Notes: generated by a model not told the origin, from the sequence alone. A stretch of DNA of 63,213 bases, filler included, from Octopus bimaculoides (GCF_001194135.2; 6 parts of 6 records of this genome joined end to end with filler, not necessarily neighbours in it); one strand, 5' to 3'; positions 23,124-37,809 are shown, numbered from the whole stretch's first letter. Numbers and translations are program-made.

Positions 23124-23490
23124 GGCACTCCATTAGTTATGATGACAAGGGTTCCAGTTGATCCAATCAACGGAACAGCCTGCTTGTGAAATTAATGTGC
23201 AAGTAGTTGAGCACTCCACAGACTCGTGTACCTTTAACATAGTTCTTGGGGAGATTCAGTGTGACACAGTGTGACAAGACTGACCCTTCGAAATACAGGT
23301 ACAAAAGAATCAGGAAGATAGAGTGAGAGAAAGTTGTGGTGAAAGGGTACAGCAGGGTTCGCCACCACCCCCAAGCAGAGCCTCATGGAGCTTTAGGTGC
23401 ATTTGCTCAATAAACACTCACAACACTCAGTTTAGAAATCGAAACCACGATCCTACAACCGTGATTCTGCTGCCCTAAGCACTGGGCCAT
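23118..23490 (+). mobile_element. Interspersed repeat, family D (SINE-like)
   Basis: Homologous to 62020-62278 (gttgatccgatcaac.gaacagcctgctcgtgaaattaacgtgcaagt..gcagggttcgccac). Confidence 0.75.
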
Positions 23491-23498
23491 TGTGCCTC

Positions 23499-23529
<31 letters not shown>

Positions 23530-23627
23530 ATATATATTCATATTCATATACAATTACATATGTATGTATACACATATATATACACACAAACGCATATATA
23601 TACACACACACACACACATATATATAT

Positions 23628-23677
<50 letters not shown>

Positions 23678-24630
23678 TATCTCATAATATGAAAGGATAA
23701 AATTGTTAAAAATTTTATCAGTGGTCAGCATATAAAAAAGCAGACCTATAAAGGTGAAATCATAAATGCAATAATAATTAAGGGCATAGAAAAAATTCTT
23801 GTCTATATGCTGAAAGGAGACACTAAATTGCCGAACCACATTAAATATCATCACTATTATTATTACACACGTGTCAAAAAGAGAGGGAGCAAGCTATCAG
23901 AAATTCATAAAATTGAGTTATATATCATATCTTATATATATATTTACATGAAAGGGAAAAAGCTGAGTTGCTTACTGTTTGGTTGTTGATTTGTCTATTT
24001 AATCAAGTTTAACCAGGACTAAACAACTCCAAAATCCAGCTACCAATAATCCAATAAATACAAATCTTCATTTTCATTTTACAGATCAAATCCTGTAGAC
24101 ATTTTGTATTTTCAAAATTTTTCGACAGTATTTTAGAATTCTAAACTCAGAAAATCCAAAGTATTTTAAAAATCTTACCTGTTAAAATACCTGCAATTTG
24201 TATGATTAACAGATAATTCCTCATGCTGCTGAAGTTTTTTGATGTAAACTTTTGTACTTCCAAATAGCTGAATTATGTATGTGCTGCTTACCCTAAACAA
24301 GTACTGCTTTTGTGAGTATAAAAAGTGGACAAGTGGTCAATGCTTATTAGCCTATTTTGAGTCAGTGGGTGTTTCCTAATGACTTCCTGACCATAGCTTA
24401 ACTCATACAAGGACACTTTACATTTCCCTTTCTTAACAACTAACAATATTCCATTTCAAAGTAGGGGCACTGGCTTCCTTCATTTCCTCTTCATTACTGA
24501 TTTCTTTTTTTCATGTCTTTGTAGCTTAACACTTATTCTGAAAATGTATTCCTATATCTTTTTCTTCCTTTCAACCATTCCTATATCTTTTTCTTCCTTT
24601 CAACCATACATTCATTCAATTATTCATTCA

Positions 24631-24663
<33 letters not shown>

Positions 24664-25419
24664 TTGTTCGTTTTTTTTGTTGTTGCCTGTAACATTCCAG
24701 TATTTTCTTACTTAGTCACAAGACTAAGCATTAATACTGGAAAGAGTAATTATTACTGTGTGAAATTTATGTTGTTTCCAAATACATTCTTAATATAAAC
24801 AGTTTTTGGTTCCACTCAGAAATTGAAACCAAGTGATGGGGATAATGAAGTATCAAGTCAAAGAAAATATGTTTAACATTTGACATATAATATTAACTTT
24901 TAGTATGCTTCAAAACTGGATTTTGTTGAAGAAAGATCTAGCTGGTATCACAGAGCTACTACTGACTTTCACTGACTCTAGAGAGTTAAATACAAAGCTA
25001 ATAACTGTAGAGAAATCAGAACATAGGCAGGGTTAAGTTGTTGAAAGAAGTCAAGTCCAGTACACTTATTTTGGGGATCTGTCTTAAAAGTTTATTCAAG
25101 GAATGAAGTATTTTGTGCATAAATTGTGTAGGCTTGTTTTTGGATGATGAAAGTTAGGACTTTGGCCCTTTATGTCCTGAACTCATATCTTTTCAAAGTC
25201 AACTTTGACTTTCATCCTACCAACATCAATAAAATAAAGTACCTATAAAGTGCTCAGTTCAATTTAATTGACTAACACCTCATCTAAATTTCTTGTTCCT
25301 AAACTATTATTACTATTATGGCATCCAGCTATAGAAACCAAGACAAATCAGACCAGAACCTGGTGCAGCTTTCCAGCTTTGGTCAAGCTGACCAACCCAT
25401 GGAAAATGGATGTTAAAGG

Positions 25420-25471
<52 letters not shown>

Positions 25472-25472
<1 letters not shown>

Positions 25473-27240
25473 TGTTCAGTAGTTTTATTTTTATAACGTG
25501 CTTTCACTTCACTACCGAGCGCAGCTCTGTGCGCCTTGGGTATGTGCTGTGGTTTGCTGTGGTGCTCTTATGGTTACTGTATTGAAAGTGTTTTGCGTAG
25601 AATGTGTGCTGTGCCCAGTAGTGCAATTTTCTGTATGTTATATATATTTGTAAGTCCTGCTATTTTTGTTATGTATTTGTCTGAATATTTTTTTATTATA
25701 CCTAAGGCACCTACTATAATAGGAATTGTTTCTGTTTTNNNNNNNNNNNNNNNNNNNNNNNNNNNNNNNNNNNNNNNNNNNNNNNNNNNNNNNNNNNNNN
25801 NNNNNNNNNNNNNNNNNNNNNNNNNNNNNNNNNNNNNNNNNNNNNNNNNNNNNNNNNNNNNNNNNNNNNNNNNNNNNNNNNNNNNNNNNNNNNNNNNNNN
25901 NNNNNNNNNNNNNNNNNNNNNNNNNNNNNNNNNNNNNNNNNNNNNNNNNNNNNNNNNNNNNNNNNNNNNNNNNNNNNNNNNNNNNNNNNNNNNNNNNNNN
26001 NNNNNNNNNNNNNNNNNNNNNNNNNNNNNNNNNNNNNNNNNNNNNNNNNNNNNNNNNNNNNNNNNNNNNNNNNNNNNNNNNNNNNNNNNNNNNNNNNNNN
26101 NNNNNNNNNNNNNNNNNNNNNNNNNNNNNNNNNNNNNNNNNNNNNNNNNNNNNNNNNNNNNNNNNNNNNNNNNNNNNNNNNNNNNNNNNNNNNNNNNNNN
26201 NNNNNNNNNNNNNNNNNNNNNNNNNNNNNNNNNNNNNNNNNNNNNNNNNNNNNNNNNNNNNNNNNNNNNNNNNNNNNNNNNNNNNNNNNNNNNNNNNNNN
26301 NNNNNNNNNNNNNNNNNNNNNNNNNNNNNNNNNNNNNNNNNNNNNNNNNNNNNNNNNNNNNNNNNNNNNNNNNNNNNNNNNNNNNNNNNNNNNNNNNNNN
26401 NNNNNNNNNNNNNNNNNNNNNNNNNNNNNNNNNNNNNNNNNNNNNNNNNNNNNNNNNNNNNNNNNNNNNNNNNNNNNNNNNNNNNNNNNNNNNNNNNNNN
26501 NNNNNNNNNNNNNNNNNNNNNNNNNNNNNNNNNNNNNNNNNNNNNNNNNNNNNNNNNNNNNNNNNNNNNNNNNNNNNNNNNNNNNNNNNNNNNNNNNNNN
26601 NNNNNNNNNNNNNNNNNNNNNNNNNNNNNNNNNNNGGATATTGTAGCTGTAGCTTATAACTGGGACAGCTAAAGTGTTAATACCCATTATCTTGTTTTTA
26701 GCATTGAGCTCTGTTTTTAGCATTGATCTAACTCGTCAATAGTACTCTTTCTTTCTTTTTTCTTTCATTTGTGTATGTTGTATCCTATCTAGTTCATTGA
26801 CTCCTAAATATTTGTATGGTTGGCTTTCGTCTAGTTCTCTTATTTCATTGGCTTTCGTCTAGTTCTCTTATTTCATTGGCTTTATCTAGTGTAATGTTGC
26901 TACTTTTAACTAATTTTCCTCTTTTCAGGGTTGCTTTGGCACATTTTTCTAATCTGAATTTCATATCTATTTCCTTGGTAAAGCCATGTACTGTCTGTAG
27001 TAGTGTTTCCAACTCTTTGTCATTTTTAGCATATAATTTTAGGTCGTCAATATATAAAAGGTGGCTGACTGTTTTCCCGTAGCATTTGTAACCGCATCCA
27101 GTTCTATTTAGCAATTCAGTTAAAGGTGTGAGTGCCAGGCAGAACAGGAGTGGAGAGAGCGTGTCTCCCTGGAATATTCCTCTTCTAATGGGGATGGCTT
27201 TCGTTTTCACAAGTCCCTCTTTTGTTTAGAGCTGTAGCAC
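25472..27240 (-). mobile_element. R4/Dong-type RLE non-LTR retrotransposon copy A, 5'-truncated, flanked by (TAA)n on both sides
   Basis: RGIFQGDTLSPLLF..HLLYIDDLKLYAK..KCAK, then NAKNKIMGINTLAVPVISYSY and a C-terminal GTAHILRKTLSIQ* (stop at 25574-25576). A 28-bp tandem duplication near 26820-26875 shifts the frame. (TAA)n tracts at 25420-25471 and 27241-27262. Confidence 0.85.
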
Positions 27241-27262
27241 TATTATTATTATTATTATTATT

Positions 27263-29950
27263 TTGTAATATTTTGTAAATTGAAGCAAATTTGTACTGTA
27301 TCACCTGCTACACCTCTGTGTTGCTGGGGTGTGTGCAGCATTGTTTGTTCGCTTCTGCTGTTGAGAGTGTGCAAACTCTTCCTGGTACTGTATTGTGTTA
27401 GCTTTTTTTTTTCCTCTTGAAATGTGGTGCAGTCTTTTGTTGTGTTACTACTAGTATTGTGTGTTGAGTGTGTAATGGTTTGGGTTTTGCGGATTGCTGG
27501 TGGAAGTTTATTTCATTGGGTAAATGCTGTATAGAGTGTCTTGTATTTGTGGGTTGTTTTGTTTAGGTTGTATTATTGGATTGATAGTGTCTTGCGTAGG
27601 ATGTCGGCTGGGCTGTTCCTAGCAGGGCTATTCTTTGGACAGTGTGTAGTGTTGAGGATCCAGGTATAGCTTCCACATCATTGTTCATATGTTTTTTTAT
27701 CATGCCCAATGCTCCAATTATTATTGGCATTGTTTTTACCTTCATGCCCCACATTTTGAATACTTCAATTTCTCTACTTCTTTTTTAACAATATTTTGAT
27801 CAGAAGGGACTGCAATGTCTATCAGTAAGCAGGTGTTTTTACCCAATCCTTGACTATTATGTCTGGGTGATTAGCTTTTATTTCTTTGTCAGTTTGAACT
27901 GGCATAACCCAGATAATTGTGGCCTGGTTGTTGTCTTGTACCTTGCTTGTTTCATGCTTATACTACCTGTTGTCAGTTTTGAAGTTATGATGTTGGCATA
28001 TTGTCCAGTGGATATAACTGCTTATTTTGTCATGTCTGTATATATATTCAAACTTGGCAAGGATTGGGCAGCCCGAGATGATGTGGTTAACTGTCTCATT
28101 GTGCTGGTTGCACATTCTGCATTTGGTGCTGAGGCCTGTTTTCATTATTTTGTTTTTATAATTGTTTGTAGTCAGGCATTGGTCTTGTGCAGTGAGAATC
28201 AATCCTTCTGATTCAGCTTTTAGCCCAGAGCTTTTGAGCTGTTGTTGGCTTTTACTTAGGCTCACTTCTCCTGTCAATCCTTGCAGGGTATTGGCCATGA
28301 AGTGATTTTTCTTTTCATTTCTTCTTCAGTATCTTTTGTAATTCAGTTTTCATGATGTTTTTTGTCTCTCTGACCATTTCTGCTATGTTGTCATCTGGGT
28401 TCAATGTGTCAGTGTAGTTTGTCGCCTACTTGTGTATAGAGAAAAGCGTTTTCTTTTTCTTGTATTGCTTAACTACATGCAGTAGTCTTCCACTCTTTGT
28501 TTTTAAGTACTTTGCTAGTCTAACTGTTGTTATTTCATAGTAGTTCTCTATCAGCATCAGATCATGGTGTCCTTCTGAGTGGAGTAGAATATATTCTGTC
28601 TGTGTCTGTTTTGGGGCAGTGACTTTGGTACGCTGTTAGTAGTTTTCTGGTTTTTCTATTGAGGTTTCTCAATTCACTGATCTTCCAGTTTTATGTTATG
28701 TTAAAGCTGTAATTTATGATTGATATGGATAGCGTGTTTATCCCTATTAGCTTATTTTTAGCATTAAGTTCAGTACATTATTTACAATCCATCCATCATT
28801 AAGTGTTCTGGTGGAATTTTGAACCCAACCCTTTATTTGACTAATGGGGTACACTGTTCTCATTCCTAAGGTATGTTGCTGATGTTATTTTTTCTGTTGA
28901 TATTATTTTTCAAGTCTCTGCTTGGGATTGAGCTTAGAATCCAAGGGTTAGTAGCCCATGCTCTTATCTTCTACACTATATGCCTCTGGGCATATTAAGA
29001 ATAGTATTAAATTCACTGTTTAATATTAGTCTAACACTTATGTAATACCCTCTTCTAATTTCTCTTTCATTTCTGTGTGTTGTATTTTAGCTGTTTCATT
29101 TTTTCCTAGATATTTGCATGGGTGGTTGTGGTCTAATTCTCTAATGTCTGTGTCTAAGTCAAGTGGAGTGTTTTCAGTGCTAAATAATTTACCCCTTCTC
29201 AGTGTGACTTTGGCACATTTGTCCAGCCCCATGCTCATTCCGATGTCATTGCTGAAATTCTGGACAATTTTGATATGGTTTCACTGTTCCATAGTGCTTT
29301 TAGCGAAAAGTTTTAGGTCATTCATGTACAGGAGATGGTTTATGTTTTGTCCATTGCACCTATATCTCATGGTGGTTTTATTTAAAAAGTTTGTTAGCGG
29401 GGTCAGAGAAAGGCAGAAAAGTAGGGGTGGCAGTGATACTCACTGGAAAACCCCTCTTCTTATGGGTAGGTTTTAATAACTTGTGAATCATTTTTCAATG
29501 CTATGCTGGTTTTCCAGTTTGCCATTTTTAATATATCTTAGTAGTGGTGGTGCTACCTTATTCATGTGGAGAGATTCCAGTGTCCATGAGTGTGGAACAC
29601 TGTCGAATGCTTTCTGGTAATAAATTCAAATCATGTTCAGGTTTGTCTTTCTCTTACCATCCTCTATAATGGCTCCGTTTACCAGAAGTTGCTCCTCACA
29701 GCCATACATCCCTCTCTGTCACCCTTTTTGTTTTTCTGGTAATACATTGTTGTTTTCCAGGTGTTTTTTTAAGCCAGTTATAGATGACTGATGTGAGGGT
29801 TTTGTAGGATGTTGATAAACATGTTATTGGTCTGTAATTTTGTGGATGTATGGTGTCTTTGTTTTTGGGAATTAGGGTGGTTTCCAGCATTCAGCTTGGT
29901 GTTGATTCTGGCTCACTTATCAATAAAGTGAATGCTGTTGCTAAGTGGTT
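27263..29950 (-). mobile_element. R4/Dong-type copy B, decayed, interrupted by a SINE
   Basis: TLIPKNK..YRPITCLST, RT 5-7 remnants, AESEGLILTAQDQ, CCHC knuckle KCRMCNQHNETVNHIISGC..RHD, and RLE tail PIIIGALG..LLGTA. The 3' end abuts (TAA)n at 27241-27262. Confidence 0.85.
28777..29035 (-). mobile_element. tRNA-derived SINE inserted into R4 copy B
   Basis: Reverse complement ggcatatagtgtagaagataagagcatgggctactaacc..ctcaatccc is a tRNA-like head. The R4 reading frame resumes on both sides. Confidence 0.55.
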
Positions 29951-30495
29951 ATGGGTACTGGCGAGCTGGCAAAATCTTTAGCACACTGGATGAAATGTTT
30001 AGCAGTATTTCGTCTGCTGCTATGTTCTGAATTCAAATTCTGCCAAGGTTGACTTTGCCTTTCATTCTTTCAAGGTCGATAAATTAAGTACAAGTAGAAG
30101 ACTGGGGTAGATGTAATCAACTCATCCCCCCACCTCTCCCAAGCTTCCCTTGTGGCAAAAATTTGAAATAATAATAATAATTATTATTGAGTGAGAGAGC
30201 AGTGCATGCCATCAAAGTGACACTGGAAATATGGGTGTTTCGTTCAACATCTTTAAACAACCCTTATTCAAGGACCTTTTGACTGAGATAAGCTACTCAA
30301 CCTGAAGAAAATTCTGAGTCTCACATGCCAGGTCATGTACTGTTTATCTTGATATGAGATTACTATGTCATGCACAGATGGTTGTGATGCATGTGCCAGG
30401 TGTATCCTTATCAGATGAGTAGTCATGATGGGTATACTGGGCTTCGTATATTTTATGCTAGTGCCACTTTGATGGCATGCACTGCTCTCTTACTC

Positions 30496-30550
<55 letters not shown>

Positions 30551-30565
30551 GTGATGATGATGATG

Positions 30566-30601
<36 letters not shown>

Positions 30602-30811
30602 TATTTTATCCTTTATATTTTGCTTGTTTCAGTCATTAGACCTCATTCATGTTGGAGCACTGCCTTGAAGTGTTTTGGCAAACAAATAGATCCCTGTACT
30701 TAACTTTAAGTCTGGTACTAATTCTAATAGTCTGTTTTACGAAACCTTTAAGCTATGAGAACAGAAACAGACCAACACTGGTTGTTAAGTTATGTGGTGG
30801 AGTGAAACACA

Positions 30812-30861
<50 letters not shown>

Positions 30862-30956
30862 TGCATATGACAGACTTCTTTCACTTCCAATCAGTTAAGA
30901 TCAGGATAACACTTCCAATCAGTTAAGATCAGAATAACATTTCCAATCAGTTAAGA

Positions 30957-31012
<56 letters not shown>

Positions 31013-31715
31013 GCATTTGCACAGCTTCTAACGCTGGAGATGCACTACAGTGTCAGCTGTTCACTACCAGTGAACTAAGGTAACACCTTATTTTTCGAGC
31101 ACCATCTGGAGTATTCGAGCAGTTCCAAACAGTGCTGTTTTCTGCAAGTGCTCCACCCTTACTGCAGCCCCTATTTGTTCCATGTACATCTCAAGATTTT
31201 TACTCACTGTTCCCAGGGCTCCGACAATTATTGGTATTACCATCACCTTTTTCATTGACCACAACTACTTAACCTCCCAAGCTAACCTGTCATATCTATC
31301 GACCTTTCTTTCTTCCTTATCGCATACCTTGTTGTCAGCTGGGCATGCTATATCTATGATCCAGCATAGTTTACTTTCTTTCTCAATTAAGACTATGTCT
31401 GGCTTCCTATTCTATATCTCATGGTTGCACTGAATCATAAAAATCACAGGATCTTTGCATCATTTTCGATGATGCTTTCGGGTTTGTGGTCATACCAATT
31501 TGTTGCTCTGTCAAGTCCGTACTTGTTGCAAAGTGCCCAATGGACAAGCCTTGGTATATTGTTGTGACGTCTCTTATATTCCTTCTGGACTAGTGGTGTA
31601 CATTGGCTGGTAATATGCCATACGGTTTTACCATTCTGTTCACAGATTCTGCACTTATCACTTTCTGATGTGTAGTCCAACTATTGTGCACTTATCACTT
31701 TATGATGTATTGTCC
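31013..31715 (-). mobile_element. R4/Dong-type copy C (different subfamily), 3' fragment with (TAA)n tail
   Basis: DKCRICEQNGKTVWHITSQC..YKRRHN, IIVGALGTV and LQKTALFGTARIL. (TAA)n at 30959-31012. Confidence 0.8.
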
Positions 31716-32299
31716 ACCACCACCACCACCACCACCACCACTTTAGCATAGTTGAGGCAAAGTTCTCAACTGAAGAATTAGCCAAAGAAAGTGCGACGAC
31801 AACCTTCAAAAGTGAGGAATTATGACTGATTCCAAAATACCTCTGTCAGAAGGTGGTCAAAATAAAGTAGCGGAGGTGCCACCAGAAGGGAACATCTTGT
31901 GCTTGTGACAGCCATATTATATGGCATAGGGAACAGAACATAATTTCTGCAAGTCCACTAAATAGGAAAGGAGAGTTGGCCAGGCACGGGCATGGAATTT
32001 TGGATTCACGCCAACTTGCTTAGTATCGATCTGGTCACTCTAACTAATGGAACACAGTTATTAAACATCAGTAGAAGGCAGAAAACTGAGATTCTACATT
32101 TGTGGAGAAACAAACCCTTTAAAGGCTTTCTGCCCTATGCAAAGAGAAAAAAACATGCTACTGCAGACACTTCTAACACAACAACAGCAGCACCACCAAC
32201 AACAGCACCAGTGCCAAGAGTAGTAGCAACCAAACAACAACAGTATCAGCAGAAAGAGCAGCAGGAGCGATCCATTCAACAACATCAACAGCAAAAACC

Positions 32300-33470
32300 G
32301 GAAGGAAGGAGTTATAAGGATCTAGGAGTATTAGAATCTGACAAAGTATTAAACTATAGAAATGAAAACGAAAATTGAGGAGTACATCAGAAAGGTGAAG
32401 AAACTAATGAAGTTAAAGCTAAATTGTCCGAATCTAGTGAAGGCTTAAATACTTGGGCAGTATTATTACTTAGATACTCAGCAGCTTTTGTAGATTGGAC
32501 AAATAATGAATTACCAGATCTAGACGGAAGAACTAGGAAGGAATTCAATATAAAATGAAGACTTCACCCAAGAGCAGGAGCAAAATTATACTTACCTAGA
32601 AAGGGAGGTGGAAGAGGGTAATATCAGGAGAAGACTGCGCAGAGTTAGCTAGAGTAGATATAGACTCCTATGTAGGTAATAGTAAAGAAAGTATATGAAG
32701 AGCTGCCAGAGTCACAGTAGAACATAGGGAAACCAAAAAGCCGAATGAAGTTAAAAACCAGAAAAAAGAAGAAAGATTATCTGGCTGGCAAGAGAAGGCT
32801 GAAAAGAGAGACAAGAAGTTTGTTAGTAGCAGCACAGGATCAAGCATTGAGGATTAATTGGATAAAAGCCAAGATAGACAAAAACCAGGTAGATTCTCAA
32901 TGTAGGTTATGCAAATCAAAAGAGGAAAGTATCACTCACATAGTAAGTGAATGTAGCATGCTGGTACATAAAGAATACAAGAAAAGACATGACAACCTAG
33001 GGAGGATAATCCATAGCGAGTTGTGTAGAAAGTTAGGATTTGACCATATTGATAAAGGGTAGGAACTTATTAGAAAGTAAGAAATTTAAGATATTGTGGG
33101 ACTTTAACGTTCAGACGGACATAATAATAAAAGCTGGAAGACCTGATTTTGTCGTAGTATACAAAGAGAATAGAAAGTGCCAGATAATTGACTTTACAGT
33201 CCCAAATGATGGGAAAGTCAATATGAGAGGTATAGATAAAATAACAAGGTACCAGGGCCTAGCCGTTGAGTTACAGCGATTATGGAAAGAGCAGGTAAAA
33301 TGTATCCCAGTAGTTATAGGTGCATCAAGAACTATCCTTAAAGATATGAACAGATGGACAGGGGAAATAGGTATAAAACTTAGTTTAGTACAGCTGCAGA
33401 AAATAGTGTTATTAGGAATAACTAGAATACTTGGGAGAGTTTTTGGCATCTAAGGTTACTTATAGCCCGA
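32300..33470 (+). mobile_element. R4/Dong-type copy D, 3' half
   Basis: YKDLGVLE, LYLPRKGGGRG, AAQDQALR..QCRLCKSKEESITHIVSEC..RHD, and ILWDFNVQTD..RPDFV..IIDFTVP..KITRYQGL..PVVIGA..LQKIVLLG (PD-D/E-xK RLE). Stop at 33451-33453. Confidence 0.85.
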
Positions 33471-34087
33471 TGTTAGGAATTTTTCTTTTCCAATTGTTTA
33501 ATCTGTTGTACATGTATGAAATAACAACGATGATGATGATGATAACGATGATAATTTTCTTTCCACTGAGAGAAAAAAGGAAGTGATTCCCTCCCCTGAA
33601 GCACATAGATCCTCCCCGCCTCTCTCACTACCACAAAAAAAAAAAAAACGTCCCTCAAGCAACAAACAAATATACATTTTGCCATCTCTTTTCTGAATGA
33701 TGCTTTAATATTTGCAAAACATGAAATCTGAGAATATTGATTTGAAATAAAACAGAATTCAGGCATTGAATATTTAAATTACAGTTATAATACTATCAAT
33801 TGCAATTATAATATTTTACTTACATAGAATGTAATATATAAAATTACACATAAAATTTAAAATACAATAGTGAGAAAGAGTGTTTCTTGTTTAACAGCAT
33901 CAAGCAAGGCAGAATTTGCATAAACGTGCTTGATAGTAAACACGCGTTTTATTTGTATCACGAAGTTAATTAAAAATATTCAGACATACTTATTTGCTTG
34001 TAAAATTAAATTATTTATGAGAAGGTAAACAGCAAAAGGAATATATAAATGTAAATACATATATTTATCTTTTTGTGTGTTATATTT

Positions 34088-34120
<33 letters not shown>

Positions 34121-34291
34121 GTGTGTATANNNNNNNNNNNNNNNNNNNNNNNNNNNNNNNNNNNNNNNNNNNNNNNNNNNNNNNNNNNNNNNNNNNNNNN
34201 NNNNNNNNNNNNNNNNATATATATATATATATATACACACATATATATATAGAGAAAGACAGAAGTAGTAATGGATATAAACACAGCTAAG

Positions 34292-34671
34292 CTTGCTACA
34301 AGTATATTTACATGGAGCATAAAAAATACAGAATAAATGTACAGAATACGAAAATATAGAGTTTCAAATCTCGACCGCTGTTTCAGGAAGCTTGGAATTA
34401 CGTAATAACCATAATAATAATAAATTGTGGATGGAATGTGCAAAATGCCATGAGTATGTAATCGGTAATTAGTCACATGAAAATATTACAATAAATTCGG
34501 CTTCCCATATCAAGGGAAGATTGGCAGATTTGCAATTTATGATGATTATGATTATTACGTAACTCCGGGCTTACTGAAACAGCTGTCGAATTTTGAAATT
34601 ACATATTTTATCTTATTTTGTACTTTTATTCTGTATTCTTTTGTGCTCCATGTAAATAAATTTGTATCAAG
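34292..34671. mobile_element. Diverged outward-facing inverted repeat (about 140-bp arms) with half-hammerhead motifs
   Basis: Arms 34292-34429 and 34532-34671. GAAACAGCTGTC at 34576-34587(+) and GAAACAGCGGTC at 34373-34384(-). Confidence 0.65.
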
Positions 34672-34914
34672 TCTAACTGCCTTTAACGTCATTACTATCC
34701 CCATTTCAGTACAATTTGGATTTCTTATAGAAATTTTAGCCCTGCACGAAAAATTCGAAATTTAAGTTAAAATCTTTTTGAGCATACTATGAGTCTTCTA
34801 TACTGAGTATACCCACCTCGCTTATTGTCTGTCTGTCTCTTTCCTTTTTTCATCCCCCCTCTCTCTCTCTCTCTATATATATATATACACACGTACACAC
34901 ACACACACACACAC

Positions 34915-35790
34915 ATGTCAAATTGTCTTTAGGTTGGTCGCACAGCCTGCAGCGTCCGCTTTCTAGAAGATAGTATTCTTGTGATTACGTAACCGGGGTT
35001 TGACCTTGATCCGTCCACATTTCCCACTTGTGTTAAATAGTAAATATGGCCGCTCCACTGACATTCTACCCCAATGAAGAACAGAGATCAGTGATCTGAT
35101 TTCTCTGGTCAGAAGGTGTTTCAGGGCTGAAATTTATCGCAGGTTTTCAGTGCAATACAGTGACAGCACTTTACCGCGTAGAAGTGTATATAAGTGGATC
35201 GAGAAGTCTAAAAATTACCGGACAATTGGGAAACAGGAAGAGAAAGGAGGATACCAATCAACCTCCACCACTGACGTGAAGATTCAACAAACTCGAAATA
35301 TGGTTCTGGCGAATCTACGAGTGGTCATCGATGAGGTGGTATGTTCTCGCAAACTAATCATGGTTCTGCATACAAGGTCTTCCTCAATAAGCCCCCCTTC
35401 GATAAAGTTTGTGCGAGATGGGTGCCAAAAGAGCTTATCGAAGCGCATAAGTGCAATTGTGTGGAGATCTGTCAATGCTTACTCGACCGTTATTATGATG
35501 AAGTCGAAGCTTTTTTGGAGGGGATAGTCAAGGAAGATGGGTCCATCACTTTGAACCAGAATCAAAAGGAAGAGTATGGAGTGGAAGCACCCGGTATCAG
35601 CAGCGAAAATGAAATTCAAGGCTTTGCGCAAGAAAAGGGATGCTAACCATTTTGGAGACGCACAAGGGGCTCTATTTGAAACATTACCAAGGAAATGGGT
35701 GTACAGTCAACAGTGTAGGCTACAGTGAAATGCCGGCCATGGCCGAAACCCGAGATCTTTTGTCAAATCAAGTGTTATCGTTGTGGAAGG
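34915..35790 (+). mobile_element. Mariner transposase relic (ATG 35046), frameshifted and 3'-truncated
   Basis: EEQRSVI*FLWSEGV..RRSVYKWIEK, KVCARWVPKEL, HHFEPESK..EWKH. Confidence 0.8.
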
Positions 35791-35812
35791 ATAGATATAT
35801 AGATAGAGAGAA

Positions 35813-35887
<75 letters not shown>

Positions 35888-36189
35888 GAGATGTGGTCAA
35901 CCCATTGAAATTTCATTACAAAGCATTTTTCTTTTTTCTCTTCCGCTTTCCATTCTCATTGTATACCAGTCAACATATTTGTAAATAAACATTTTCTCAT
36001 AGATGACCTTTCAGGATGTCGATTTTAGGAAGTAGGATAGGAAAGATAAGAAAAAAGAGAAAGAAGAAAAGAAAAAATCGATTCTTAAGTGGGTAAAGTC
36101 TGAAAATAAAAGGAATTCAGGTCTCAATACACACACACACATACACACACACGCATACACATACACACATACATATATACTTACATATA

Positions 36190-36968
<779 letters not shown>

Positions 36969-37400
36969 TCATACACCAAAATTGAAGAGAATGTATTTCT
37001 AGTACCAGATATAAGGAAACTCATCAAGGATGAAGATTTTGAAAACTCTCTTAGTATTCTGAAAAAGATGTATGGATTAATTTTAAAGATGTGAGGAAAA
37101 ACCTCTTGGGTAGTCACAAGGATCCAGACTACAAAGACATTGTGAGAAGAGTGCTGGAGAATTTGATGATGTAAAATGAGCAATAAAGTTCATTTTCTAC
37201 ATGAGTAGGGAATGTGCGTAAGGAGCAGGGGAAATGGTTTCATCAAGACAAAATAAAAGAAGATATCAGGGAAGATGAATTGTCACTATGATGGCTGACT
37301 ATTGTTGGATATTGTATCTTGAATGTCCATCAAGTGCTCACAGAAGAGTTCCAGGCGTATTTTCCAAGGGAAAAGGAAGAGATTTTGAGGTGCTGAACCT
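36969..37400 (+). mobile_element. DNA transposase C-terminal fragment, probably CMC/Chapaev3-like
   Basis: VF.VPDIRKLIKDEDFE..KVHFLH..VRKEQG..FHQD..RYQG..MMADYCWIL matches the H..H/SDEQGERFHQD/RYQG.W..MADYCW pattern. The superfamily assignment is from memory. Confidence 0.55.
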
Positions 37401-37768
37401 AAACATTTACTTTTTCACTTCTCAATTGCATTTGTATCATTTACATCATATAGGCGCAGACGTGGCTGTGTGGTAAGATGCTTGCTTCCCAACCTTAAAG
37501 TTCCTAGTTTAGTCCCACGGCATGGCACCTTGGGCTATAGACTCGGGCCGACCAAAGCTTTGTAAGTAGGTTTGGTAGATGGAAACTGAAAGAAACCCGT
37601 CATATATTTATATATATATATGTATATATTTCGTATGTGTATTTCGTGTGCAAGATTCTTGATGTGGATACGTGTGTTGAAAAAATATAATTAAACCTTG
37701 GGAGAGGCATTATGCCGGTAATAAACACACGCACTGGTTCAGTCCTTTATTAATTTATATAGTTTTTT

Positions 37769-37809
37769 GTTAAATCATTTCATTGCACTCTTGCAATCTC
37801 TTCAGTAAC
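37769..37809 (-). ncRNA. Compact type I hammerhead candidate
   Basis: GTTA-CTGAAGA-G-ATTGCA(AGAG)TGCAAT-GAAA-TGAT-T-TAAC. Confidence 0.5.
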
